A stretch of 39,264 nucleotides of DNA, taken from NCBI GenBank assembly GCA_044220955.1, contig JBGAQA010000061.1, forward strand, positions 1 through 39,264, written 5' to 3'. Positions 20,307 through 29,568 of the stretch are shown here, piece by piece. The notes below the pieces were generated by a model. That model searched no databases, was not told where the DNA came from, and saw only the letters and a list, made by a program, of their open reading frames with translations. The position numbers and the translations under genes are program-made. The stretch is from Sandaracinaceae bacterium (GTDB lineage Bacteria > Myxococcota_A > Polyangia > Polyangiales > Sandaracinaceae). How positions within the stretch are numbered: the stretch's first letter is position 1; every line of letters begins with the position of its first letter.

Positions 20307-21800
20307 ATGGCCCTCGTCGCGCTCGTGAGCGCGGGCGCCGCGGGCTGCGGGCCGTCCGCGGCGCCACCGCCTGCAGAGCGGCTCGTCGTGCTCATCCCCG
20401 GCGAGCCGCTCGAGATCGACCCGCGCCACGTCGTGGACGCGCAGGGCCTGCGCGTCTCGCGGCTGCTCTTCTCGGGCCTGGTCGCGATCGACCCGACGAC
20501 GCTCGAGCCCATGCCGGCGCTCGCCGAGCGCGTCGATGCGAGCGATGACGCGCTCACCTACGCAGTGACGCTCCGGCCGGGCCTGACCTTCTCGGATGGC
20601 ACGGCCCTCGATGCGGCGGACGTGCGCGCGACGTTCGAGAGCATCGCGGCGCCGGCGGTCGCGAGCCGCTTCGCCGACAACTACGCACGCATCGCGCGGA
20701 TCGACACGCCGGACGCGCGCCACGTCGTCTTCACGCTGCGCGCGCCCCACGCGCCCTTCCTGACCGATCTCGAGATGCCCATCGTCCGCGCCGAGGACGC
20801 GGGGACGCACCTGCACCTCGGCGATGCGGCGCTCGCCGGGAGCGGGCCCTACGCGCTCGCGACGCCGGGAACGCGGGTGATCGATCTCGACGGGCGCGCC
20901 GATTTCCACGCGGGGATCCCGGCGAGGCCGCACCTGCGCTTCGTGGTCATCCACGACGAGAACACGCGAGCTCTACGGATGCTCGGCGGGGCGGGCGACG
21001 TCGCGCTCGCGTCGATCCCGCCGCTGCTCGTGCCGATGTTCGAGGACGATCCTCGCTTCGTCGTGCGGACGGCGGAAGGGACCGGGACCGTCTACCTGGG
21101 GATCGAGACCGAGCACCCGAGCGTCGCCGACGTCCGCGTGCGGCGGGCGATCGCGATGGCGATCGATCGCGAGGCGATCGCCGACGGCAAGTACGAGGGA
21201 CTCGCGCGCGTCGCCGAGAGCTGGATCCCCGAGGGTCACTGGGCGTCCGATCCCGAGGCGCGCGCTCCCTCGTTCGATCCGGCGGGTGCTCGGGCGCTGC
21301 TGCGGGAGGCGGGCGTCGCCGACGGGACCCGGCTCGTGCTCCGCTGCTCGAGCGACCGGATCCGGGTGTCCACGGCCGCCGCGATCGCCGCGATGCTCGC
21401 CGACGTCGGGCTCGACGTCGAGGTACGCCCCAGCGAGACGGGGGTCCTGCTCGCGGACCTCGACGCTGGGCGCTTCGACCTCACGCTCATGGCGCTGCCC
21501 GAGCTCTTCGAGCCGCACGTGCTGGCGCGCTTCTTCGACTCGCGCTCGATCCCCGGCGAGGGCGGGGGCGCGAACCGCTGGCGCTTCCGCTCGCGGGAGC
21601 TCGACGCGGCGCTCGACCGTGGGGTCTCGACGCTCGAGCTGGGCGCACGACGCGACGCCTACGCCGAGGTGCAGCGCGTCCTCGCGCGCGAGCTACCGGT
21701 CGTCCCGCTCGTGCACGAGCGCGTCACCCTCGTCGCGAGCGCTCGCGCGGGGCTCGACGCGGCCCCCCGCGACGGGCGCTACGCGTTCCTCGTGCGCTGA
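20307..21800 (+). CDS. ABC transporter substrate-binding lipoprotein, family 5 (OppA/DppA-like)
   Basis: AAG-C lipobox, LFSGLV...PMPALAE, TLRPGLTFSDGTALDAADV, GSGPY, DVRVRRAIAMAIDRE, LPVVPL. The start is uncertain. Confidence 0.9.
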   Translation: MALVALVSAGAAGCGPSAAPPPAERLVVLIPGEPLEIDPRHVVDAQGLRVSRLLFSGLVAIDPTTLEPMPALAERVDASDDALTYAVTLRPGLTFSDGTALDAADVRATFESIAAPAVASRFADNYARIARIDTPDARHVVFTLRAPHAPFLTDLEMPIVRAEDAGTHLHLGDAALAGSGPYALATPGTRVIDLDGRADFHAGIPARPHLRFVVIHDENTRALRMLGGAGDVALASIPPLLVPMFEDDPRFVVRTAEGTGTVYLGIETEHPSVADVRVRRAIAMAIDREAIADGKYEGLARVAESWIPEGHWASDPEARAPSFDPAGARALLREAGVADGTRLVLRCSSDRIRVSTAAAIAAMLADVGLDVEVRPSETGVLLADLDAGRFDLTLMALPELFEPHVLARFFDSRSIPGEGGGANRWRFRSRELDAALDRGVSTLELGARRDAYAEVQRVLARELPVVPLVHERVTLVASARAGLDAAPRDGRYAFLVR

Positions 21801-22502
21801 CGGCTCTCCGGGCACCATCATCGCGACGAACGCGAGCTCGCGCCAGGCCGCCTCGCGCGCTGGCGCGCGGCTCCACGCGATGCGCTCCTCGGCCCACGCG
21901 CTCCGGGGATCGCCGGGATGGGCGCGGAGGAACGACTCGACGGCGTCGCACCACGCGCGTTCGTACGCGAGCACGCGCGCCGGTGGGAGCACGACGCGCT
22001 TGCGCGCGCCCGAGAGCAGCGGCGTGATCTGCGCCATCGTCGCGACGTCCATCTCGGCCGCCGCCCTCGGTCCGATCGCGACGAGGTCGCCGACCAGCAC
22101 GTGGCGCGCCCGCGGGCGAAGGGCTTCGAGCGCGGTCGTCCAGCCGGGCAGGCCGCTGCCGAATGCGTGAAGCGCGCCGAGCGCCGCGGCGAGCCCCGCC
22201 GTGCCTGCGTCTTTGCCGTCGAGGAAGACCTGCGCGTCCTGGCAGACGACGTCGACCCCGAGCCCGTGGGTCCGGTCGCGAGCGGCCTCACAGGCGGCGG
22301 GCGAGCGGTCGACGCTCGTCGCCGTACAGCGGAACCGCTCCACGCAGATGCGCGCGAGGTCCGCGCGGCCCCCGCCCAGATCGAGCACGTGCTCGCCCGG
22401 GCCGAGGTCGGCGGACCCGAGCAGCGCGAGCAGCTCGTCTTCGGCGAGCGGGTTCATCAGCGCCATCGCCTCGTGTCCGATCAGGGAGAACCGATCGCGC
22501 AT
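21693..22502 (-). CDS. Class I SAM-dependent methyltransferase
   Basis: Motif I VLDLGGGRADL, then SVDRSP and VVCQDA. Starts 3 nt after the stop of the upstream membrane gene. Its 3' end overlaps the SBP gene by 108 nt. Confidence 0.8.
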   Translation of the reverse strand: MRDRFSLIGHEAMALMNPLAEDELLALLGSADLGPGEHVLDLGGGRADLARICVERFRCTATSVDRSPAACEAARDRTHGLGVDVVCQDAQVFLDGKDAGTAGLAAALGALHAFGSGLPGWTTALEALRPRARHVLVGDLVAIGPRAAAEMDVATMAQITPLLSGARKRVVLPPARVLAYERAWCDAVESFLRAHPGDPRSAWAEERIAWSRAPAREAAWRELAFVAMMVPGEPSAHEERVAPVAGGRVEPRASARDEGDALVHERDDR

Positions 22503-22505
22503 GGG

Positions 22506-23057
22506 CTACCCGCGGGCGGACGCGTAGTTGAGGCGGACGATCAGGAACACGAAGCCCGCCACGATCAGCACCGCCATCGCGATCCCGCCGGCGAACAGTG
22601 GGGAGTCCGAGAGCGGAGTGAGGCCGAACTGGCCGTCGTACTGCGCGAAGGTTCCCGCCACCGAGAGCCGCTCCCGGAGCAGCGCCGGTACGGCCGCGCC
22701 CAGGATGACGGCGGCCGCGATCACGCCGCCCGCGACCGCCTCGCGCTGCGAGCGCAGGAGCGCCGCACCGGCCGAGAAGCCGAGGGCGCCGATCCCCACC
22801 TCGAGCACGAATCCGACCAGGGCGATGGCCGAGGGCACGCGCTGCACGTCGAAGAGGTAGAGCAGGAACCAGTCGCCGTGGAACACGTAGAAGTACACGC
22901 TCGCCGGGACGAGCACGAGGCACGCGAAGAGCAGGTACGCGCCGAAGGCGGTCGTCAGGAACGGATGCCGCGGGCTCAGGCGCAGCTCGCCGCGCCCGGC
23001 GAGCGCAGCGGCGACTCCCGTCGCGAACGCGATGCTGATCAGCGTGGGCAGCGGCAC
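22506..23057 (-). CDS. Hypothetical integral membrane protein (about 5 TM, 183 aa)
   Basis: Start set at GTG 23057 (MPLPTLISIAF...), with TATCTT 6 nt upstream. Multiple hydrophobic segments and a YFYVFHGDWFLLY motif. Confidence 0.8.
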   Translation of the reverse strand: MPLPTLISIAFATGVAAALAGRGELRLSPRHPFLTTAFGAYLLFACLVLVPASVYFYVFHGDWFLLYLFDVQRVPSAIALVGFVLEVGIGALGFSAGAALLRSQREAVAGGVIAAAVILGAAVPALLRERLSVAGTFAQYDGQFGLTPLSDSPLFAGGIAMAVLIVAGFVFLIVRLNYASARG

Positions 23058-23079
23058 GGCGAGAAGATAGCGAGACGCG

Positions 23080-26000
23080 TCAGCGGACGTCCACCGGCAT
23101 CTCGTCGCGCGCCTGGATGCTCGGCGAGGCGCGCGTGAGGACGTCGACCTCGACCGCGATGTCGAGCTCGCGGCCGGAGATCGAGCCGTGACAGCCACCG
23201 CAGAGGCCGTTGAAGAAGCCGCGCGGGATCGACTGGCGGCCGTGCTCGCCGGGGTAGAACTGCACGGCCTCGCGCTGAAGGATCTCGCCGGTGAACAGGC
23301 CCCCGGTCGGGAACGTCAGCGGGTGCCCGTCCCGGTCGGTCACGCGGAGCTGCACGGATGCTCCACCCCGCACCTGGATGTGGGCCGATCCGTCGTCGGC
23401 GAGGTCGACGTGCCCGGCGACGCGCCGCGAGACGAAGAACTGGCCGAAGGCGTCCGTCATCACCGAGCTGGCGATCGATCCGTCGCCGAAGCTGGTGACA
23501 CCGTCGGGCGGCGCCAGCGACTCGAGCACGTCGAAGCCGCCGATCTGCGGATCGATCAGGCGGCCCGTCCGACGGTTCGCGAAGAGCAGGGTCGCGATGA
23601 GCGGTAGGTCGGCGTACAAGATGACAGCGTCCTGCTCGCCGGGGTGGACCTCGGTGTGACCGTTGGCCTCGAAGAAGCTGCTGACGAAGACGTCGTGTGG
23701 CTCGCGCGCGAAGACCGCCACCGCCTCGACGTTCGCGCCGGTCCCGCCGCCGATCTCGGTGACCGTGCCGGCGTCGGGATCGATGTCGCAGAGCCGGAAG
23801 TCGAAGGGACCGGTCGTGAGCGAGGTCGCGGCGAGCGCGCAGGAGGCGACCAGGTGTCCGTTCGGGAGCGGCGCCGGCGAGCGGAACGCGCCCGCGCCAG
23901 CCGGTCCGACGGTCCCGAGCGCGCTCGGCACGGGGAAGAGCATGGAGTGGATGAACTGCCGGTCCGTCGGGTCGCGATCGTCCTGATCGGGTCCGATCGA
24001 GCGGTTCACCAGGACGATGGTGCCGGCTCCGTCCGCCGCGTCGAGCGGGGCGGCGACGATGGCGAGGTTGCGGTCGAGCATCTCGACGATCTCCGTCGCG
24101 CTGCGGAACCCCACGCTCTCGCGCTGGGCGAAGAGCGGGTGATAGTCGCCTCCGTCGAGGTTCAGGCGGCGCCCCGCGAGCTGGTGGAACTCGAGGTCGC
24201 GCTTCTCCGCGGTGAAGATGAGGCGGCCGTCGCCCATGAAGGAGGGCTGCATCTCCTGGTTCAAGAGGAAGGTCAGCTGACGCAGGCTCCCGTCCGCGTC
24301 GCGGACGTAGAGGTTCGCGTTCGGCGCCAGGCTCGCCGGCGTGCGTGTCGGCCCCAGGCGGCCGATGGCGTGGTCGGTCAGGTAGCCTCGCGTCGAGGTG
24401 AACACGAGCCGGCCGTCGGGCGCGAAGGCCGGGTCGAAGTCGTGCAGCAGGATGCCGCGCTCCGTGTCGGTCGCCGGGGCGATGCCCGGGATCGGGGCGC
24501 AGCCGCTTCCGTCCGCCGCCACCTGGTAGAGGCGGTACGGGGCGCTGGCGCTCGTGCGCGCGGCGAACGCGATCGAAGTTCCGTCCCAGGTCGCGGCAGG
24601 TCCGCGGATGTCGGCGGCGCCTGCGGGGAAGCCGCAGCCGGCGGCGAGGTCGCGCTCGCCCCCGAGGGCGAGCGGCGCCGTGCGCGAGAGCGTCGCGTCG
24701 GCGATGCGGAGGGAGGCGCCCGGCCGGTACGTGTCGAAGTCGTCGGGGCGGCCGACGCCGCTCGGGCGATTGACCCACACGAGCGACGAGACCGAGTGAG
24801 CGGTGTCGACGCCGGGATGGACCGCCGCACGCTCGATCTCGTGCCAGCGCGTGAAGATGCAGTACGCGGGGATCGTGTCGAGGTCCCCCGTGCGATCCAG
24901 CTGGTCGTCCGTGTACGCGTCGCAGTCCGAGGGCGTCGCCGCGTGCGGGGTTCCGTCGGCGTTCAGGCCGAAGTCCTCGAAGAGCGAGCCGCCGCGGTGC
25001 GCGAGACCCATGCCTCCCGCCACGGACGAGTCGGGGAACAGGTTCTTCGCGATGAGCCGGCTCTCGTTCGGGTTCTCCGCGTCCACCGCGAGCAGCGCGC
25101 GCGCGATCTCGTAGTTACGGATCGTCGCGAGCCGGCCGAAGTGACCTCCTGAGCCGCCCCGCAGCCGGAGATCGTGGAACATCGAGGGCGAGTGGCAGTT
25201 CAGGAACATGCAGCCCTTGCGGACCATCACCGGCTGGACGCGGTTGGCGAAGAAGCGCAGGCCCGCCGCGTCGTAGCCGGGCGGCACCACCGGGGCGACA
25301 TCCGTCGGGGTCAGGGACTCGGCCCAGTGGAAGATGGCCGCGTAGCGCGGGTCCGTGGTGCTCGGCAGGACGGTGCCGCCCTCGTGGAACGTGCCGCCGC
25401 GATCCTTGGCCAGCGGGCGGCGCAGCAGCTCCGAGACCGACACCGACTCGCTGACGAACTGCATCGAGACCCAGTGGTTCCAGTGCAGCTCTTCGGGCGT
25501 GTCGCCGCAGCTCAGGTAGAGGTCGGCGGCGCGTCGGCCGTGGCAGACCTCGCCCGCACAAGTCGTGCGCAGCACCGGCTGCACCTGCGCGAGGAACTCG
25601 GCGTAGTCGGGCCCGGGCGCGGCGGCCGGATCGTAGCCGGGGGCCGAGCCTGCGCCGCTCGTGCACGGGCCCTCGCTGACGCGCAGCTCCGTGGGCGGTG
25701 AGCCCGTGCGCGTGTGCCCGTTGCGCACCCACTGGCTGATGAGCGAGAAGCCAGCCGTCCCGAGATCGACCGTCGTCCCGCCTGCGTGCCGGATGTCGGT
25801 CGTGACGTCCACCGTGCGCATCTCGAGCGGCAGGCCGTCGCTCTCGCCGAACGTCTCGACGTGGATCGTCACCGGCTGGCCCGGCTTCATGAGCAGCAGC
25901 GGGAGCGGGTAGGGGCCGTAGGGCTCGAGCACGTCGCCGCGGCGCATCAGCGCGTCGAACGACGAGATGTCCAGGTTGCCCGCCGACGTTCCCTCCGGGG

Positions 26001-26196
26001 TGGAGAGGTGGCAGCCGGTGTTCTGGCGGACGCAGCTCGTCGTCAGCCCGGGCTGGATGTTGTCGTCGTAGTACGAGCCTGCCGGCAGATCCTGCGCCTC
26101 GCACCCGCCGAGCGCGAGCGCGAGCGCGCCCGAGAGCGCCCACATCCAGCTTCGCTTTTGCGTGGGCGCGGAGCGCGCCGAAGAGCGGAGCAACAT
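23080..26196 (-). CDS. Multiheme c-type cytochrome lipoprotein with hydrazine-synthase-alpha-like beta-propeller/middle domains (1038 aa)
   Basis: Lipobox LALALGG-C. Heme-like motifs CVRQNTGCH, CAGEVCH, CMFLNCH and CGGCH. TolB/PD40-like repeats (HDFDPAFAPDGRLVFTSTRG, QLTFLLNQEMQPSFMGDGRLIF). C-terminal LADDGSAHIQVRGG...QFYPGE...CGGCH, as in HzsA-related proteins. Confidence 0.85.
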   Translation of the reverse strand: MLLRSSARSAPTQKRSWMWALSGALALALGGCEAQDLPAGSYYDDNIQPGLTTSCVRQNTGCHLSTPEGTSAGNLDISSFDALMRRGDVLEPYGPYPLPLLLMKPGQPVTIHVETFGESDGLPLEMRTVDVTTDIRHAGGTTVDLGTAGFSLISQWVRNGHTRTGSPPTELRVSEGPCTSGAGSAPGYDPAAAPGPDYAEFLAQVQPVLRTTCAGEVCHGRRAADLYLSCGDTPEELHWNHWVSMQFVSESVSVSELLRRPLAKDRGGTFHEGGTVLPSTTDPRYAAIFHWAESLTPTDVAPVVPPGYDAAGLRFFANRVQPVMVRKGCMFLNCHSPSMFHDLRLRGGSGGHFGRLATIRNYEIARALLAVDAENPNESRLIAKNLFPDSSVAGGMGLAHRGGSLFEDFGLNADGTPHAATPSDCDAYTDDQLDRTGDLDTIPAYCIFTRWHEIERAAVHPGVDTAHSVSSLVWVNRPSGVGRPDDFDTYRPGASLRIADATLSRTAPLALGGERDLAAGCGFPAGAADIRGPAATWDGTSIAFAARTSASAPYRLYQVAADGSGCAPIPGIAPATDTERGILLHDFDPAFAPDGRLVFTSTRGYLTDHAIGRLGPTRTPASLAPNANLYVRDADGSLRQLTFLLNQEMQPSFMGDGRLIFTAEKRDLEFHQLAGRRLNLDGGDYHPLFAQRESVGFRSATEIVEMLDRNLAIVAAPLDAADGAGTIVLVNRSIGPDQDDRDPTDRQFIHSMLFPVPSALGTVGPAGAGAFRSPAPLPNGHLVASCALAATSLTTGPFDFRLCDIDPDAGTVTEIGGGTGANVEAVAVFAREPHDVFVSSFFEANGHTEVHPGEQDAVILYADLPLIATLLFANRRTGRLIDPQIGGFDVLESLAPPDGVTSFGDGSIASSVMTDAFGQFFVSRRVAGHVDLADDGSAHIQVRGGASVQLRVTDRDGHPLTFPTGGLFTGEILQREAVQFYPGEHGRQSIPRGFFNGLCGGCHGSISGRELDIAVEVDVLTRASPSIQARDEMPVDVR

Positions 26197-26292
26197 GGTC
26201 GGAGAGTACCTCGTGCGAAAGGGCCATCGAAGACGAAAACGGCCCGCGGTCGCCCGCGAGCCGTCTGCGTCGAAAGGAACCGTGAGGACGGC

Positions 26293-27222
26293 TCAGCGAC
26301 CGAGCGCGTTCTCGATCGCGTCGCGCACGAGCGACTCGCGCTCGCTCGACGCGGCCGCCGTCAGCGCCGTCAGCGCGTCCGACCCGCCGATCTGCCCGAG
26401 CGCCCACGCCGCCGCCTGACGCGCGCCACGATCGGTGTCGCCCGTGAGCATCGCGGCCAGCACCGGCACGGCGTCCGCCGCGCGCAGCGCGCCGACCACG
26501 TTCGCCGCGTGACGGCGGAGCGACGCGTCGCTCGACGCCAGCAGCGGCAGGACCGCCGCCGTGTCCGAGAAGAAGTTGACGCGCAGGATGATGCTCACGG
26601 CGGCGAGCTGGACGGACGCGTCCGAGTCGCGCAGCGCCATCGAGATGAAGGGCAGGCCCGTCGACGCGTTGATGCGCGCGATGCCGCGGACGGCCGCCGC
26701 GCGGACGTTGGCGGCGGGGTCGCTCGAGATCGCCGTGCCGAGCAGGTCCACGCCGTGCGGATCCATGAACTCGCCGATGGCGGCCGCCGCGCGCTCGCGG
26801 TGCGTGGCCGTCTCCGACATGTTCGTCAGCACCGCCGTCATGTCGTGCATGACCGCGCCGAACCCGAGCGGGCGCCGGCGGAGCCACCAGGCCGCGAGCT
26901 CGCGGACCGTCGGATCCGGGTCGTCGAGGATCCGTCGCTCGAGCAGCGGGATGCACGCCGTGCACTCGACGCGCTCGCCGTACTCGAGCATCGAGGCGAT
27001 CTGCGAGGGCGCCGCGCTCGAGTTCAGCATGGCCTCGAGCGAGTCCGCCGAGGGTGCCTGCGTGTGCGGCGAGAGCTCGCCGCGAGTCTGGTCGAAGGCG
27101 CGGAACACGCACCCACCACCGGTCTGGTCGTACTGCTGCCCGCCGGGGCAGGTCTGCGCGCTCGTGATCGCGGGGACCGCGAGGACGGCGCTGGCGAGGA
27201 GGATGGTCTGCAGGGTCTTCAT
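26293..27222 (-). CDS. Secreted HEAT-repeat protein with a CxxC motif (309 aa)
   Basis: ATG 27222 with AGGAG RBS. Signal peptide MKTLQTILLASAVLAVPAITSA, VECTAC, and HEAT repeats (DPDPTVRELAAWWL, DPAANVRAAAVRGI, DRGARQAAAWALGQIG). Confidence 0.88.
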   Translation of the reverse strand: MKTLQTILLASAVLAVPAITSAQTCPGGQQYDQTGGGCVFRAFDQTRGELSPHTQAPSADSLEAMLNSSAAPSQIASMLEYGERVECTACIPLLERRILDDPDPTVRELAAWWLRRRPLGFGAVMHDMTAVLTNMSETATHRERAAAAIGEFMDPHGVDLLGTAISSDPAANVRAAAVRGIARINASTGLPFISMALRDSDASVQLAAVSIILRVNFFSDTAAVLPLLASSDASLRRHAANVVGALRAADAVPVLAAMLTGDTDRGARQAAAWALGQIGGSDALTALTAAASSERESLVRDAIENALGR

Positions 27223-27244
27223 GGTGTTTCTCCTGTGTTCCTTC

Positions 27245-29515
27245 TCAGAAGCCCGCCGAGTCCCACATCGGGTCGACGTTGAACCGCGAGTAGTACTGGC
27301 CACCGAGGTCGGCCATCTGGATGAGCATCGCGCGGTCCTCGGGGGACAGCGTCACGCCCATGTCTTCGGGGTGCATCGGGGTCGACCACGCGTGCACCGA
27401 CGGGTCGTCGGTCGCCGCCACGTTGACGCTCGCGATGAGCTGGCTGCCGCGCGCGTCGCCGGGCGCGACCCAGATCGGCGGCATCTCACCCGTCACCGTC
27501 GCGTCCATCATGGCCGACGGGTAGAGGAGCGTGACGTACGAGGCCGGGTACGAGCGGACCTCGCGCTCGTAGTAGACCTCGATGGGCGCCGCATCGAGCT
27601 GGAGCCACGGGATGTCGTAGGCCAGCATCTGGCCCGTCATCGTCGTGACCTCGACGTGGTAGGTGCGCTGCGCGAGGGTGCTGCCCGCGCCGTGGCAGCT
27701 GACGCAGTTGTCGTTGAAGACGTCCTGCATCGTGCGGTGCGAGGGCGCGCCGTACCACGGGAGCTCGCGGCGATCGGCGATGCGCGAGAAGGTGCCCATG
27801 AAGGGCGGGTTCTGCTGCGCGATGGTCTGCGGGACGCCGCCGCGCGGCAGGACCGAGCCCGAGCGCGAGCTGTGGCAGCCGCCGCACTCGCGGCTCTCGC
27901 CCGGCATCGCCTGGATCCACAGCATCTGGTTGCGGATGGCCATGCCGAACCGGTCGAGGGGCTGCAGGTGGACCGGCGTCATGCCGGGGATCGCCGCCCG
28001 CCAGCTGCCGTCCGTGTTGACGGGCACCTCGCCCAGGATCGCCGCGCCCTCGTGCATCGTGAGGCCGAACATGCCGACCGCGCCGATCTCCGACGAGAAG
28101 CCCTCGACCACGCGCACCGCGCGCGTCTGCAGGAGCGCATCGTGGAGAGGCATGCCGCGGAGCGCCGCGCCCTCGACGCCGCCGATGGTCTCGTAGCCGA
28201 GCGAGGTCTCTGCCACGTCCACCGCGCCGATGATGGCGGGGCGCGTCGCGAGCTCTTCCGGCGTGCCGCTGACCGTGCGCGGGATGACGCGCGGCTCGAC
28301 GCGGGGCGCGACCGGGATCGCGTAGAGGTCCCACATGTCGGGATCGTCGTAGACGAGCGTGCGCTGGTCGGGGACGTTCGGGTCGAACATGTAGATGCCG
28401 AACTGCGGCGCCGTCGCGGCGAGCTCGTTGCGGTCGTTGACGTCGCCGTCCGACCACGAGACCAGGAAGTCACCCGTCGGGACCATGTGGCCGTCCTGCA
28501 TCAGCGAGATGCTGCGCGGGTTGCGGTAGCGGCCCACGCCCGAGGGGGGCGACTCGCTGCCCGTCGGAACGGCGGGCGTCCAGTTCAGGAAGCGCGCCTG
28601 CTGCACGTCGATGCGCAGGCCGTCCGTGCCGGTCGCGGCGCGCGCGTCGATGCGCATGACGGCGCCCGACTGGATCGTGCGGCTGCGGCTGGTGCCGATC
28701 GCGACGAACACGCCGGGCTCGATCTCGCTCGCCTGGACGATCGAGTTGAAGTCCTTGTTGAACTGGCCCGCGATGGCCTCCATGCCCGAGCAGTCCGGGT
28801 TCATGCGGAAGAGCTTCACGTCGTTGACCGGGCCGAGGTGCTCCCAGCGCGAGTAGCCGATCTGGCCGTCCGAGAGGAGGAAGGGGTCGGCGGTGTGCGA
28901 GAGGTTCTGCGAGCAGACCGTCGGGTCACCGCCGTCGAGCGAGACGACCGCGATCTGGGTGACCTCGCGCGAGTGCTCGTACTCGTCGGCGCGCGTGCCG
29001 AGCGCCGTGTACGCCAGGTTCGTGACGTACGCGATCTGGCGCCCGGGCGCGTAGATGGGGCGGATGTCGTCCTGGTCGCCGAAGGTGACCTGGTGCACGT
29101 CGCCCGTGCCGTTCACGTTCGCCGTGTAGATGTGGTAGTGGTCGTCGCCACCGTCGTAGCGCATCGAGAACACGACCTGGTTCGCGTCGAACGAGAGGTC
29201 GAGGCCCGCGATGTCGACGCCGTCGAAGTTGCGCGTGAGGTTCGTGAGCGTCCCGTCCGGCGTCGGCGGCGAGAGCACGAACACGCCGCCGGGGTGCTCG
29301 GCCGTGCCGGGCGTGTAGCGCTGGTAGTCGATGACCTGACGCGAGCCGCCGCTGATGTCGTGGCTCAGGTCGGGTCGCTCGAACGCGCGCTGCACGAAGA
29401 CCACGGCCTCCACGCCCGGCAGCACGCCACCTTGGCTGCCGCCCGTGCATCCCGGGAACGCTGCGGCGAGACCGAGGGCGAGCCCGAGGGCTACTACCTT
29501 CTTCTGCGTCGTCAT
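27245..29515 (-). CDS. Hydrazine-synthase-alpha-like diheme c lipoprotein (756 aa)
   Basis: ATG 29515 with AGGAG RBS and lipobox AFPG-C. Propeller repeats (DLSFDANQVVFSM, QVTFGDQDDIRPIY, PFLLSDGQIGYSRWEH, FRMNPD). Middle domain ILGEVPVNTDGSWRAAIP...LQPLDRFGMAI...WIQAMPGESRECGGCH, then a second motif CVSCH. Confidence 0.88.
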   Translation of the reverse strand: MTTQKKVVALGLALGLAAAFPGCTGGSQGGVLPGVEAVVFVQRAFERPDLSHDISGGSRQVIDYQRYTPGTAEHPGGVFVLSPPTPDGTLTNLTRNFDGVDIAGLDLSFDANQVVFSMRYDGGDDHYHIYTANVNGTGDVHQVTFGDQDDIRPIYAPGRQIAYVTNLAYTALGTRADEYEHSREVTQIAVVSLDGGDPTVCSQNLSHTADPFLLSDGQIGYSRWEHLGPVNDVKLFRMNPDCSGMEAIAGQFNKDFNSIVQASEIEPGVFVAIGTSRSRTIQSGAVMRIDARAATGTDGLRIDVQQARFLNWTPAVPTGSESPPSGVGRYRNPRSISLMQDGHMVPTGDFLVSWSDGDVNDRNELAATAPQFGIYMFDPNVPDQRTLVYDDPDMWDLYAIPVAPRVEPRVIPRTVSGTPEELATRPAIIGAVDVAETSLGYETIGGVEGAALRGMPLHDALLQTRAVRVVEGFSSEIGAVGMFGLTMHEGAAILGEVPVNTDGSWRAAIPGMTPVHLQPLDRFGMAIRNQMLWIQAMPGESRECGGCHSSRSGSVLPRGGVPQTIAQQNPPFMGTFSRIADRRELPWYGAPSHRTMQDVFNDNCVSCHGAGSTLAQRTYHVEVTTMTGQMLAYDIPWLQLDAAPIEVYYEREVRSYPASYVTLLYPSAMMDATVTGEMPPIWVAPGDARGSQLIASVNVAATDDPSVHAWSTPMHPEDMGVTLSPEDRAMLIQMADLGGQYYSRFNVDPMWDSAGF

Positions 29516-29568
29516 TGAGTGTCTCCTCTTCCTCTGTGCCCGGACGGAGGCCCGGACGCGCGGTCCGT

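Noticed and set aside
23080..29515. Anammox metabolism
   Set aside because: Only alpha-like subunits are present, with no hzsB/hzsC or hydrazine dehydrogenase in the window, and the surrounding genes look myxobacterial.
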